A stretch of 64,000 nucleotides of DNA from Eledone cirrhosa (lineage: Eukaryota): positions 163,804,001-163,868,000 of the forward strand of contig OZ024743.1 of NCBI GenBank assembly GCA_964016885.1, read 5' to 3'. The translations under genes and the position numbers were made by a program. Positions 12,781-25,516 of the stretch are shown in pieces (the stretch's first letter is position 1; each line of letters opens with the position of its first letter). Below the pieces are notes generated by a model, which was not told where the DNA came from, did not search any database, and saw only the letters and a program-made list of their open reading frames with translations.

Positions 12781-15700
12781 TTGCATGTGATCCTAGATGT
12801 ATATATTACCTGCTTGTGAGTTGTATGTGGTCCTAGGTGTGTGTATTACCTGCTTATGAGTTGTATGTGGTCCTAGATGTGTGTATTACCTGCTTGTGAG
12901 TTGTATGTGGTCCTAGGTGTGTGTATTACCTGCTTGTGAGTTGTATGTGGTCCTAGGTGTGTGTATTACCTGCTTGTGAGTTGCATGTGGTCCTAGATGT
13001 GTGTATTACCTGCTTGTGTGTTGTATTTGGTCCTAGGTGTGTGTATTACCTGCTTGTGTGTTGTATTTGGTCCTAGGTGTGTGTATTACCTGCTTGTGAG
13101 TTGTATGTGGTCCTAGGTGTGTGTATTACCTGCTTATGAGTTGTATGTGGTCCTAGGTGTGTGTATTACCTGCTTGTGAATTGTATGTGGTCCTAGGTGT
13201 GTGTATTACCTGCTTATGAGTTGTATGTGGTCCTAGATGTGTGTATTACCTGCTTGTGAATTGTATGTGGTCCTAGGTGTGTGTATTACCTGCTTGTGTG
13301 TTGTATGTGGTCCTGGATGTGTGTATTACCTGCTTGTGTGTTGTATGTGGTCCTAGATGTGTGTATTACCTGCTTGTGTGTTGTATGTGGTCCTAGGTGT
13401 GTGTATTACCTGCTTGTGAGTTGTATGTGGTCCTAGATGTGTGAATTAGTTGCTTGTGAGTCGTATGTGATCCTAGATGTATATATTACCTGCTTGTGTG
13501 TTGTATGTGGTCCTAGATGTATATATTACCTGCTTGTGAGTTGTATGTGGTCCTAGATGTGTGTATTACCTGCTTGTGTGTTGTATGTGGTCCTAGGTGT
13601 GTGTATTACCTGCTTGTGTGTTGTATGTGGTCCTAGGTGTGTGTATTACCTGCTTGTGTGTTGTATGTGGTCCTAGATGTGTGTATTACCTGCTTGTGAG
13701 TTGTATGTGGTCCTAGATGTGTGAATTAGTTGCTTGTGAGTTGTATGTGATCCTAGATGTATATATTACCTGCTTGTGTGTTGTATGTGGTCCTAGATGT
13801 ATATATTACCTGCTTGTGAGTTGTATGTGGTCCTAGATGTGTGTATTACCTGCTTGTGTGTTGTATGTGGTCCTAGGTGTGTGTATTACTTTCTTGTGTG
13901 TTGTATGTGGTCCTAGGTGTGTGTATTACCTTCTTGTGTGTTGTATGTGGTCCTAGGTGTGTGTATTACCTGCTTGTGTGTTGTATGTGGTCCTAGATGT
14001 GTGTATTACCTGCTTGTGAGTTGTATGTGGTCCTAGATGTGTGAATTAGTTGCTTGTGAGTTGTATGTGATCCTAGATGTATATATTACCTGCTTGTGTG
14101 TTGTATGTGGTCCTAGATGTATATATTACCTGCTTGTGAGTTGTATGTGGTCCTAGATGTGTGTATTACCTGCTTGTGAATTGTATGTGGTCCTAGGTGT
14201 GTGTATTACCTGCTTGTGTGTTGTATGTGGTTCTAGGTGTCTGTATTACCTGCTTGTGTGTTGTATGTGGTCCTAGGTGTGTGTATTACCTTCTTGTGTG
14301 TTGTATGTGGTCCTAGATGAGTGTATTACCTGCTTGTGTGTTGTATGTGGTCCTAGATGTGTGTATTACCTGCTTGTGAGTTGTATGTGGTCCTAGATGT
14401 GTGAATTAGCTGCTTGTGAGTTGTATGTGATCCTAGATGTATATATTACCTGCTTGTGTGTTGTATGTGGTCCTAGATGTATATATTACCTGCTTGTGAG
14501 TTGTATGTGATCCTAGATGTATATATTACCTGCTTGTGAGTTGTATGTGATCCTAGATGTATATATTACCTGCTTGTGTGATGTATGTGGTCCTAGATGT
14601 GTGTGTTGTATGTGGTCCTAGATGTGTGTATTACCTGCTTGTGTGTTGTGTGTGGTCCTAGATGTGTGTATTACCTGCTTGTGAGTTGCATGTGGTCCTA
14701 GATGTATATATTACCTGCTTGTGAGTTGTATGTGGTCCTAGATGTGTGTATTACCTGCTTGTGTGTTGTAGGTGGTCCTAGATGTGTGTATTACCTGCTT
14801 GTGAGTTGTATGTGGTCCTAGGTGTGTGTATTACCTGCTTGTGAGTTGTATGTGGTCCTAGGTGTGTGTATTACCTGCTTGTGTGTTGTATGTGGTCCTT
14901 GATGTGTGTATTATCTGCTTGTGAGTTGTATCTGGTCGTAGATGTGTGTATTACCTGCTTGTGAGTTGCATGTGGTCCTAGGTGTGTGTATTACCTGCTT
15001 GTGAGTTGTATGTGGTCCTAGATGTGTGTATTACCTGCTTGTGAGTTGTATGTGGTCATAGGTGTGTGTATTACATGCTTGTGAGTTGTATGTGGTCCTA
15101 AATGTATGTGCTACCTGCTTGTGTGTTGTATGTGGTCCTAGATGTGTGTATTACCTGCTTGTGAGTTGCATGTGGTCCTAGATGTGTGTATTACCTGCTT
15201 GTGTGTTGTATGTGGTCCTAGATGTGTGTATTACCTGCTTGTGTGTTATATGTTGTCCTATATGTGTGTATTACCTGCTTATGTGTTGTATGTGATCCTA
15301 GGTGTGTGTATTACCTACTTGTGAGTTGTAAGTGGTCCTTGATGTGTGTATTACTTGCTTGTGTGTTGTATGTGGTCCTAGATGTGTGTATTATCTGCTT
15401 GTGTGTTGAATGTGGTCCTAGGTGTGTGTATTACCTGCTTGTGTGTTGTATGTGGTCCTAGGTGTGTGTATTACCTGCTTGTGAGTTGTATGTGGTCCTA
15501 GATGTGTGTATTACTTGCTTGTGTGTTGAATGTGGTCCTAGATGTGTGTATTACCTGCTTGTGAGTTGTATGTGGTCCTAGGTGTGTGTATTACCTGCTT
15601 GTGTGTTGTATGTGGTCCTAGGTGTGTGTATTACCTGCTTGTGAGTTGTATGTGGTCCTAGATGTGTGTATTACCTGCTTGTGTGTTGTATATGGTCCTA

Positions 15701-16136
15701 GGTGTGTGTATTACCTGCTTGTGAGTTGTATGTGGTCCTAGATGTGTGTATTACCTGCTTGTGTGTTGTATGTGGTCCTAGATGTGTGTATTACCTGCTT
15801 GTGTGTTATATGTGGTCCTAGATGTGTGTATTACCTGCTTATGTGTTGTATGTGGTGCTAGGTGTGTGTATTACCTGCTTGTGTGTTGCATGTGGTCCTA
15901 GATGTGTGTATTACCTGCTTGTGTGTTGTATGTGGTCCTAGATGTATGTATTACCTGCTTGTGTGTTGTATGTGGTTCGAGATGTGTGTATTACCTGCTT
16001 GTGAGTTGTATGTGGTCCTAGATGTGTGTATTACATGCTTGTGAGTTGTATGTGGTCCTAGGTGTGTGTATTACCTGCTTGTGAGTTGTATGTGGTCCTA
16101 GGTGTGTGTATTACCTGCTTGTGAGTTGTATGTGGT
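12781..16136. repeat. 40-bp tandem satellite, ~84 units
   Basis: Unit TTGTATGTGGTCCTAG(G/A)TGTGTGTATTACCTGCTTGTG(A/T)G; one truncated unit at ~14581-14605 shifts the register. Confidence 0.98.
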
Positions 16137-16379
16137 GGCGGTGGAATATACCGGAAGCATTGAAATTTGAATCTTTTAAAAGAAGTGAATCTTGAAATAT
16201 GCAATAAAATGATTTATCATTAATCATTTGTTACGAAATTGAGTAGATAAATTATGTAATATTCATTCATTATCTATTCAAAGTAATCCAACTTATTTTA
16301 CTAACGAAATTAAAAAATATATTCTGGATGCTGTCCCGCACTCCTCCCTTTATTATGGTTAAAATATCATTACAAATTA

Positions 16380-18960
16380 GTGAATGACATGTCGATATGT
16401 AACACAAACTTCAACAAACCCGGCCACCATCACATATAGATCAGGGGAGCATTCTAGTCAGATAGATTTTATACTCATCAGAGAACGTGACAGATGGACG
16501 TAAACACAAAAGCCTTCCCTAGTGAGGAATGTACCTCCCAACATAGCTTAGTTGTCAGCGACCTCACAGTCAGAACTAGACGAACCTGGAAACAGAAGCC
16601 AACCTGGAGAAGAAAGATCTGGAAGCTGAAAGACCCCTTAACAGATTTAAAGATATTTTACTCAATGCCTACAACAGTAAAGAAGAACAGATAGAGACAT
16701 TCAATGTAGAAGAGCACTGGGAGTTCCTAAAAAATAACTGACTAAAGGCAATGGATGAGATCTGTGGTTGGAGTAAGACCACAGGCAGGAGGAGAGTGAC
16801 TTGGTGGTGGAACAATAAGGTAGATGAGGCAGTTAAGGCCAAGAGACAGGCATGGAAAGATTGGAAGAATGGGGGAGGCAGGGTACATTACATAGAGACG
16901 AGGAGGGAAGCTAGGCGACAAGTATACTTAGCTAGGAGGGAAGCAGAGGATAGAAAATTCAAGCATGTTTTGCAACGTGAGGACCAGAAACAGGAGGTGT
17001 TCAAGATTGCGAGGCAGTGTGTCAGAGAGAATTGTGATGTCATTGGAGAGAAGTGTATCCGGAATGATAAAGGTGAGCCTGCCCTCACAAGTGCTGAGAA
17101 GAAAGATGCGTGGAAGAGCCATTATGATAGGTTACTAAATGAGGAGATTGCATGGGAAGAAAAGACCCTACCCCAAGTAGACCCTATAGAGGGGCCGGCA
17201 GTACAAGTCAGCAGCATCGTAGTAAGTAAGGCAATCAAAGATATGAAGATGAGGAAGGCAACCGGTCCATCGGGTATAGCTGCCGAGATGCTGAAGGCAT
17301 CTGGGTCGGTAGTTCACACCATAACCATACGTATTGTTAACCAGGTAATACTAGGTGTCATACCAAAGGATTGGTACAGTAGCATTATTGTCAACTGCTA
17401 CAAGGGTAAAGGTGATGCACTAGATAAAGGAAACTATAGAGGTATAAAGCTGATGGACCAGGTCATGAAAGTAACAGAAAGAGTTCCCAGTGCTATAATC
17501 TGGTGGGCTCTTAGAAAACTAGGAGTGGATGAATGGCTTGTGAAAGCTGTACAAGTCATGTATAGGGGAGCAGTCAGCAAAGTTAGGATTAACAATGAGT
17601 ATAGCGAGGAATTTAGCGTACAGGTCGGTGTCCACCAGGGCTCTGTTCTTAGCCCTCACCTGTTCATCATAGTCCTGCAGGCAATAACGGAGGAGTTTAA
17701 GACCGGATGCCCATGGGAACTCCTGTATGCTGATGACCTCGCACTTATAGCTGAATTTATGGTAGAACTAGAGAAGAAATTCCAAACTTGGAAACAGGAA
17801 CTAGAAAGAAAGGGTCTCAAAGTCAACCTGACAAAGACTAAGGTCCTTTTAAGTAGACGAGAAAACAGAACCCAGATCCCCTCAGGGAAATGGCCTTGCT
17901 CAGTATGTAGGTAGCAACTCCATTCTCTGCCCCAAATGCAAACAATGGGTACACAAGAAATGTAGCGGGATCTCAGGAAGCTTAACTAAGAATGTAGGCT
18001 TCACATGTAGAAGCTGTGCTGGGACAGCAAGCAGCAAACAGCCACAGGAAACAAGTACCACCAATCTCTGGGAGGGCTCTGTAGAAACAGTAGACAGCTT
18101 CTGCTACCTAGGTGACCTAATTAGCAGCGGAGGTGGGTGTTCGGAAAGTACAATAACTAGGGTAAGAACGGGATGGAAGAAGTTCAGGGAGCCACTGCTA
18201 GCTGCAAAAGGCTTTTCCCTCAAAATGAAAGGCAGACTGTATGATGCGTGTATCCGAACAGCAATGTTACATGGTAGTGAGACCTGGGCACTGAAAGTGG
18301 AAGACTTACGTAGATTAGAAAGAAACGAAGCCTGCATGCTCTGATGGATGTGTAGTAGTAATATACACGAACCGCAAAGCATAAATGAATTGAGAGAGAG
18401 ACTGAGCATAAGAGGAATCAAATGCTGTGTGCAGGAGAGGTGGTTACGTTGGTATGGACATGTGATGCGTATGAAGGATGACAGCTGCATAAAAAGGTGC
18501 AGAGCACTAGAAGTCATTGGAAACCGCGGAGTGGGGAGACCCAAGAAGACCTGGGATGAGGTAATAAAAACCGACCTTACCTAATTGCACCTCTCAAGGG
18601 CAATGACACACGACCGTGACCTCTGGTATCATGCAGTAATACAGAAGACCCGACTTCCCACAGGAACAAGCTGAAGCATATAGATAATATGCCCCCACCC
18701 CTCCCTCTGCAAAGTGGTCGTGGAGGTGCTACGGCAAAAAAGCCCCCAGCCTATACTGTAAAGCACCACGGAAAAAAAGCACCTAGCACTCACTGTAAAT
18801 GAGGTTGCTGTTAGGAAGGGTATCCATCTGTAGAAATCAAGCCAGAATCAGTTCCTGTATGGCAAGACAAGGTCAGCCGACCAGACACTGCCCACAACAG
18901 GACAACCCGTCTAACCTATGCTAGCATGGAAGAACGGACGTAAAACGGTGATGATGATGA
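16380..18960 (+). mobile_element. 5'-truncated RTE LINE (end of APE domain, RT, long 3' UTR, (GAT)n tail), inactive
   Basis: SQIDFIL/SQHSLVV (APE end), ORF 16751-17914 with GPSGI, NYRGIKL, QGSVLSP, LLYADDL; LHGSETW and RWYGHV downstream; stops and an internal RT deletion. Confidence 0.95.
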
Positions 18961-19012
18961 TATATACATGTATATACACACACACACATATATATATATA
19001 AATATATACAAT

Positions 19013-19150
19013 GATATTAAATAAATGGAAACTATATTTATAAAATCATATTTATTTTATTATATATATTTCAAGGGTACCAAGACAACATTGGTACGTT
19101 TTCATCAGATAAAATACAAAGTTTGTTTTATAAATAGAGACATACCCATG
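19013..19150 (-). mobile_element. Solo Penelope-like terminal repeat with hammerhead motif (19053-19116)
   Basis: Diverged copy of 30951-31085; minus strand TATTTTAT-CTGATGA-aaacGTACCAA tgttgtc TTGGTACcctt-GAAA-TATATA-TA-ATAAAATA; abuts TA-rich tract. Confidence 0.8.
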
Positions 19151-19169
19151 AAAATCATACCTTATCGGT

Positions 19170-19360
19170 TGGAAATTCACTTGATAGTGTCCAAGTCTCA
19201 GACCCATACAGCAGCACAGACTCCACTACAGCAATGAAGAGGCGGATTTTCAGGTCTTTACGAAGGTCCGACTTCCACACCGATCTCAAGCTGTGGCACG
19301 CCGCCCAGGCTTTGCTCTTCCTCTCAACCACATCATCTTCTGTATTCCCAATCTTTGCTC
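19170..19360 (-). mobile_element. RTE-like LINE internal fragment
   Basis: KAWAACHSLRSVWKSDL...KIRLFIAVVESVLLYGSETWTL. Confidence 0.8.
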
Positions 19361-21069
19361 CCGTATATATATATATACCCACACATACATGTATCATACA
19401 CTATATATATCACAATGAATATCACAAACACAATACTTAGTAGTCTCAGGTCCCAAATAATATGGGGGCTGGAAAAAAGTAGTGAGGTTGGAAAATCAAT
19501 AATTTTTCTAGGTTGTCTCCCTTGATTTAAAAAAAAAAAAACAGTATTAGTCGTTTAGTTTATATATTGAGACCCCAGCCCATCCTAGTTATTTTATAAT
19601 GTATGGGCTTTCTTCTAATGTTCTTTTTGCTATAACATTCTGCTGGAGATAGATGAGCAAAATTTAATAAGTGGGCGATTTCTAAAAAATTAATAAGCAG
19701 GGTGGGTATATTTGAGACCCAAGGTTTATTAATTCAAATGTTTGTAGTATTTTTCTTTACTAGTTCATTATGAAAATTTGTAATATTAAAGTAAAGACTT
19801 CAATTTTTAATGTAATGCAGACAGTGTTGTTTTGAACTGTTCAAGAATATCTTGCTAATGTGGTTTTTTTCATGTGTTGCAGGATGTTAAGAGTTAACTC
19901 TTAACATCTCGTAATGATTTGGTAAACATTTCTGTGTGGCAATCGTTGTGCTGTTTTGTACTTTCCAAACATGTCTTATTAATGCTGTTCCATGTGGTTT
20001 GTTAACTCTTTCATTAACATATTTCTAATGAAAAACTGCTTTTGATTTTCAAATCATTTTGAAAATAATCAAGAAATTAGAAGGATTTAGTAATATAACT
20101 AACTTTCTCATGATTAAATTGGTGATGGGAGCATAACATAACAAAAGTTCTTACATAAAATTATGATGGAAGGTTTTTAGATAAATATAAACACTTTTAG
20201 AATTGAAATAGAAATAATAGAAGTGTTGTCATAACGTTGACTACCCATGTTTTCCCATTCAGTGGGTTTTTATGCCCCATTATTAAACTATATTATGTAC
20301 TCAATGTTACAGTGGAACTTCTGTTTCTATTTCAATTATAAACAGTTTTGTATCATAAAATCAGGAATGGTTTCATGTCAAAGGGGTTAATATCTTCATA
20401 CAACTTTAAAGTACAAATAAATGTTGTCATTTAACTTTATAATCATAGATTTTAAATGAAATTAGTAGTTTGTACGATAGCAAGGCAAAAACGCTGATGT
20501 AAACAGTAAAAAGATTATAGAAATACAAAAAGTGCTTAATTTGAAAGGTGGTTGGATATCATTGATAGAGGAATTATGGATCCTTAAACACTGAAATAAA
20601 AAGAAAAACAAAAAAATTTGAAATGCTTATTGTGTTGATGGAAATTGAAAGAAGACAAGAATGGTATAATAAAATGTCCTTGTGTGCTGTCAAAGAACAG
20701 TAATGCTACACCAGAATAGAAGTGTTGTGTCAGAATATATATATCTTGCAAACTGACAAGAACAATGCCCAGCTCCAGTGTCAAATACTTAATCTGGGTC
20801 TGCTGTGGTTGGCTGACAATTCGGTTGGATAGAAAAAAACTATATTAAAAAAAGAAGGCACATGGTGTAAAAGACATTGGATAGATGTCTTTGTCTTTGC
20901 ATATGTGCAGGTGTGTGTATGCATATATATATAGTGTATTATTTCAAGAAATAATCCGCTTAGTCTAATAAAGTCAAAAATGAGCAATTATCCAGTTGGT
21001 GAGAAGGGTTAGTGGATTATTTATGTATATATGTATGTATGTATGTTTTTTTTTGGGGGGGGGGGGGGC

Positions 21070-21385
21070 TGAGAGTGAAAGACCTCCCAGTTGTTGTCAC
21101 AACACGTTTCTTAGAGAGGGAAACTGGGGAAAAAAACTTGCAGCTTCGGAAGCATCCGATGATGTTGACCAGTTCTCCTTTTCGGGTAGTCTTTTCGATG
21201 CTCAGAGAGTGGGACTGGTTGAGTTCAAGGCCTTTCCCCACTTAAAAAACCTTAAAAGCACAGACATTGCTTGTTCAGGATCTGTTACAGGTTCGTGTGG
21301 CTGGCCATAGCCAAAAGGTGCACCATTTTATGTAATCTGACAAGTGATAGCAATACTCTTAGCAGAGTTTGCAGCCATCATGTAT
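21070..21385 (+). mobile_element. Short non-autonomous retroposon related to the 38.9/60-61 kb family
   Basis: Shares GATGATGTTGAC, GAGAGTGGGACTGG and the 3' end GCAGCCATC(ATGT)n. Confidence 0.6.
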
Positions 21386-22149
21386 GTGTGTATGTATGTA
21401 TGTATGAATGTATGTGTGATTTGTTGTCCAATTCTATCTCAGACATTTTCTTGACTTCTTCATCCTGCTTTCTCTTTCTTACTTTCCTTCTTCTGAATGG
21501 TTCTCACATGTTCTGCATCAACACCAGCCAGTAATTTTTTTGCATATTTTTGGCAAAGCATTCAAAAAGCACCAAACTGTGCAACCCCTAAATATATTCA
21601 TATCTTCTCATGTTTTCACCTGTGTAGCTTTTATATGAAATGGATTCAGGAAGCAATTGACATGAGGTGATTCCAACAAAAACATTTTCACTATAAATAT
21701 GAAATACCCTAATATAGCTTCCCATCTTACTTAACCTTTTACCATTTACATTACTCTATATTTATTATTGTATTTTCACAATAAAGACTTTATCTCACAT
21801 GATGTCGAATCTATGAGATTTTATTATTTATTTTAAGAAGAATACCTTAACATTGGCATGAGGGGCCGGTTATGGCCAATTTGAACAGAAAGAGGTGAGA
21901 AAATTCTGGCCAGATATGGCTGGTTTAAATGCTGAAGGGGTAAATGTTCCATATTTGGCATGGTTTCTATGGCTATATGCTCTTTCTAACATCAACTACC
22001 TTACAGTGTGTACTGTGCTTGTTTTTTTGTTGCACCACCATTCCTACTGTACAGAGTGTACTGAGTGCATATTATCATGGCATCTACTGTACAGGTTGTT
22101 ACATGACCTTTTGAAAGCTTCCGATCACTCACTACATTTACTTGTTGTG

Positions 22150-22690
22150 TGTCACAATGCTTGTACAGGAAGACAGATCTGTATTATGGCATATTGCCAG
22201 TCAGCTCGGGTTATACTTCACAGCCTCATCCTATGCCTTCCTAGGTCTTCCCCTTCCACAGGTCCCATCTACATCAAGTGCTTTGCACTTTTTAATACAA
22301 CTCTTCTTCTCCTTTTGCATCACATAGCCATTCCAGAACAATTGTCTCTCTTGTACATTACATTCAATTCTTCTTATGCTCAGCTTTTCTTTCATGTCTC
22401 ACTGACATGCAACATAGCAGTTCAAACACAAACACCATATAATCTGCCAGCAGAGATAACATCTCTCTGAACTTCTTGTTCCCTAGTCTTCTTCTAGCTA
22501 CAATGAGGTCTCTTAGATTGTGAAAGCTTTCGACTACTTCTGGTGAAACTTCTGAACATATAAGATAGTTTATTTCATCAGCACACTTCTGCAGACTGTT
22601 CCTATTCACCTGTCACATATGAAATTTACCTTTCCTAACAGCCAACTCATGATCCCACTTTCCTCTTCTGCATATTGAGCCTGGCCATTT
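22150..22690 (-). mobile_element. Old RTE LINE relic
   Basis: Decayed GKWPGSICRRG, EVVESFHNLRDLI, KKFREMLSLL motifs. Confidence 0.65.
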
Positions 22691-24829
22691 ACCTGGATAT
22701 AACTGGTACTTTATTTTATCAACCACAGAAGGATGGAAAGTAGAGTTGCCTTTTGCAGGATTTGAACTCAGAGTACAGTGAGCTGGAAAAAATATGGTGA
22801 GGCATTTTGTCCTACACTCTAATAATTCTGCCAATTCACTACTTTTGTTTAACAGCCCTATCATTCTTAGCGTACTGGAACATTAATTAAACTTTCTGAT
22901 ACCAAACCATCTGAAACTGTCCCTAATGATTTTCAAATCATAGGCAATGTTTTTAATTAGAAATATAATGAAAGGGTTAAAACTGGCAAAAGACTTTTCT
23001 TTTTAATCTATTTTAATTTTTGTGTCTATCAATGTTAGAATTCTGTCCACGCTGGTTCATGACAAATGTTGAAATGTCATGTTGGCTTCTTAAGAACAGC
23101 AATAAAACAACCACAGCCACCACTGCCACAATAGCCACTATCACCCCCACAAGAACCACACAAGTCAAACCCTTACTAGCAAGGAAAACATTGTGATGAT
23201 GATAGTGAACATTAACAACAATCACTACCACCACAGTAACAATAACAACAAACATTTTTAAAGATCTTAAAAATATCTTTTTAAATGTTGGAGGTTGGTG
23301 GACAGCTGAAATATATTTGAATGGAATTTTTTCTGGCTTGTGTCCTCTTTGATTTTCTGTGTATTGTGGGCCATTTCGTTTGGATGCTTGGAAGTTGCAG
23401 ACGACATGTTAGTTAAAGGTGGTGGTGGTGGTAGGATGGGTGGTGGTAATAAAATAGAAGTTGCTTCAGTAACAAAATTAAAATTTTAAAATAAAAAATG
23501 TAATGATGGAAGCATCATAATTACAAAAGCAACTTAAGGAAGAAGAAAAAAAAAATTGAACAATAATGTGGTTGTGGGAAGGGGTTGATGGTGGTGGTGG
23601 TAATTATGGGAAGGAGTTGATGGTGGTGGTGGTAGTAGTTATAGTGTAATGATGATGGTGGATATAATGTAGTGGCAGTGGTGGAGGAGAGGAGTATGGT
23701 TGCATGTAGTAACAGTAGCATTGTTGTTGTCATGGAATAGTGTCTTCTTTTTTTTTTACCATTTTTCATGCTAGCTATTTCAAAAGTTCCACAAAATAAG
23801 CTGTTACTATCATCGTTATTATCAGTATTAGTGGCAGTACTGCTGCTAGTGAAAATTTGGTTGTGATGTTCAAGGGATTTTTTTTTTAAAACCCAAAACA
23901 AAAGAATTATGTTGCTAGACTTTAATCATGTTTTAGTAGTTTTAGCTTGTTGTTATTGTTTAACCCTAGGACATTCCTGATTGATCAGACCTATGATTAA
24001 AGAAGGCATGTTTGTTTTCCCTATGAGTAAAGAACCATGGACCACATTAACCAGCATGTCCTTTTCTAAGATAGTGGTTTGAAGCTGATTTTACAATTGT
24101 TTCTAGAAGGTTGGGTGATCATGTAGAGGCTTAATTACTTGTTCATGTTTTAGTTTCTTTAAAGTATATATAGGTGAAGTAAGATCATCATCAGCATTTA
24201 ATATCCACTTTTCCACACTAGCATGGGTTAGGTGAGCTGTCTCGTTGTGAGACAAGTCAGATTAGGTGACCGTACCTTGCTCATACAAAACTGGTTCTGA
24301 CATGGTTTCTACAGCTGGATGCCCTTCCTAACGCCAACCACTTTACAGTGTGGGCTTTTTTTGCTAGTGACACCTACATGACCACTTTACATCGTGGACT
24401 GGGCACTTTTTGTTGTGACACCAAAACGACTACTTGACAGTGTGGACTGAGGACTTGGGTGTGGGAGGTGCATGGGGATGGGGGTAGATCTAGGATGTGG
24501 GAGGTGTATAGAATAAATGATGGTGGGGAAGGTGGTGCATACTAGGTCTTCTATATTCATAAGTGTGTCTTCTATATAATGCCAGAAATCACGGTCCTGT
24601 AACATCGGCTTTGAGAGGTGAAATTATGCAAGGTCAGTCTTCCTAGGTCTTCCTACTCCATAGCTTCCATAATAAATAGACTGTGCAAGCATGGTTGTGT
24701 GGTTAAAGAACTTATTCACAACTACTGTGTTTCATCTTAGACAAGCATCTTCTACTATAGCCTCATGTTGACTAATCCTTTGTGAGTGGCATTTAGTAGA
24801 AATAAACTGCAGAAGCTCATCATATATCT

Positions 24830-25160
24830 CTTCTTCTTCTCCTTCGATCCCTAGCTGGTGATTGGGGGAGGTTGTCCTCTCAACCAATACTCTGCTGTGG
24901 GGTCTGCTGGATGGACTCCAATGATGATGTTCTCCCATGCTTTTCTATCCATGATACTGACCTTAGCATGGTCGAGGTTGAGGCACTGCAATTTCAGATC
25001 CTTCTCGATTTGTTTCACCCATGTCTTCTACGGTGCACTGCTCTGGATTCTCCAGTGTATGGGTCGCTGTCGTGACAAAAGTTGGTGTGACAGTCTTCCA
25101 GTGCTCATCCTACAGATGTAGCCAAACCATTGTAGCCTGTGTTGCTGGATTATGTCTTTC
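24830..25160 (-). mobile_element. RTE-like LINE 3' fragment with (GAA)n tail
   Basis: Minus strand encodes LQWFGYICRM...KTWVKQIEKDL...MDRKAW; (CTT)n at ~24830. Confidence 0.7.
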
Positions 25161-25315
25161 CACATCAAGGAAAAGAAGACAAAGGCTGATACAGTGAACT
25201 GGAGCTATGTGAAATAAAGTATCTTGCTCAAGGATACAATGCATTGCCCTGTTTGAGAATCGAACTCCCTACCTCACAATTGTGAATCCAATGCTCTAAC
25301 TACTAAGCCACATGC

Positions 25316-25363
25316 CTTATCTGATGACTCTGTGATAAACAAGCGAAACTCCAGAGTAACAAG
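25316..25363 (+). ncRNA. Minimal hammerhead ribozyme-like motif (decayed stem II)
   Basis: CTTAT-CTGATGA-ctctgtgataaacaagc-GAAA-CTC ca GAG-TA-ACAAG, AATAAA at 25381, followed by (TG)n(TA)n. Confidence 0.55.
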
Positions 25364-25451
25364 ACTCACTATTTAGCCTTAATAAAATGAATATCGAAAC
25401 TCTACTTCAGTATTGAGTACTCTTTCCTCTCAGCCATTAACCACATACATA

Positions 25452-25516
<65 letters not shown>

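Noticed and set aside
12781-16136. CRISPR-like array or coding repeat (ORFs 15142-16044)
   Set aside because: Units are contiguous with no unique spacers, there are no cas genes, and the context is eukaryotic; the ORFs are chance stop-free runs in the satellite.
12781-16136. Splice-signal look-alikes in the satellite (CCTAG|GT on +, CAG|GTAAT on -)
   Set aside because: Short motifs with no polypyrimidine tract or other evidence of use.
20640-20830. Cys-rich stretch resembling a piggyBac C-terminal domain
   Set aside because: Too decayed; no transposase core motifs or matching termini found.
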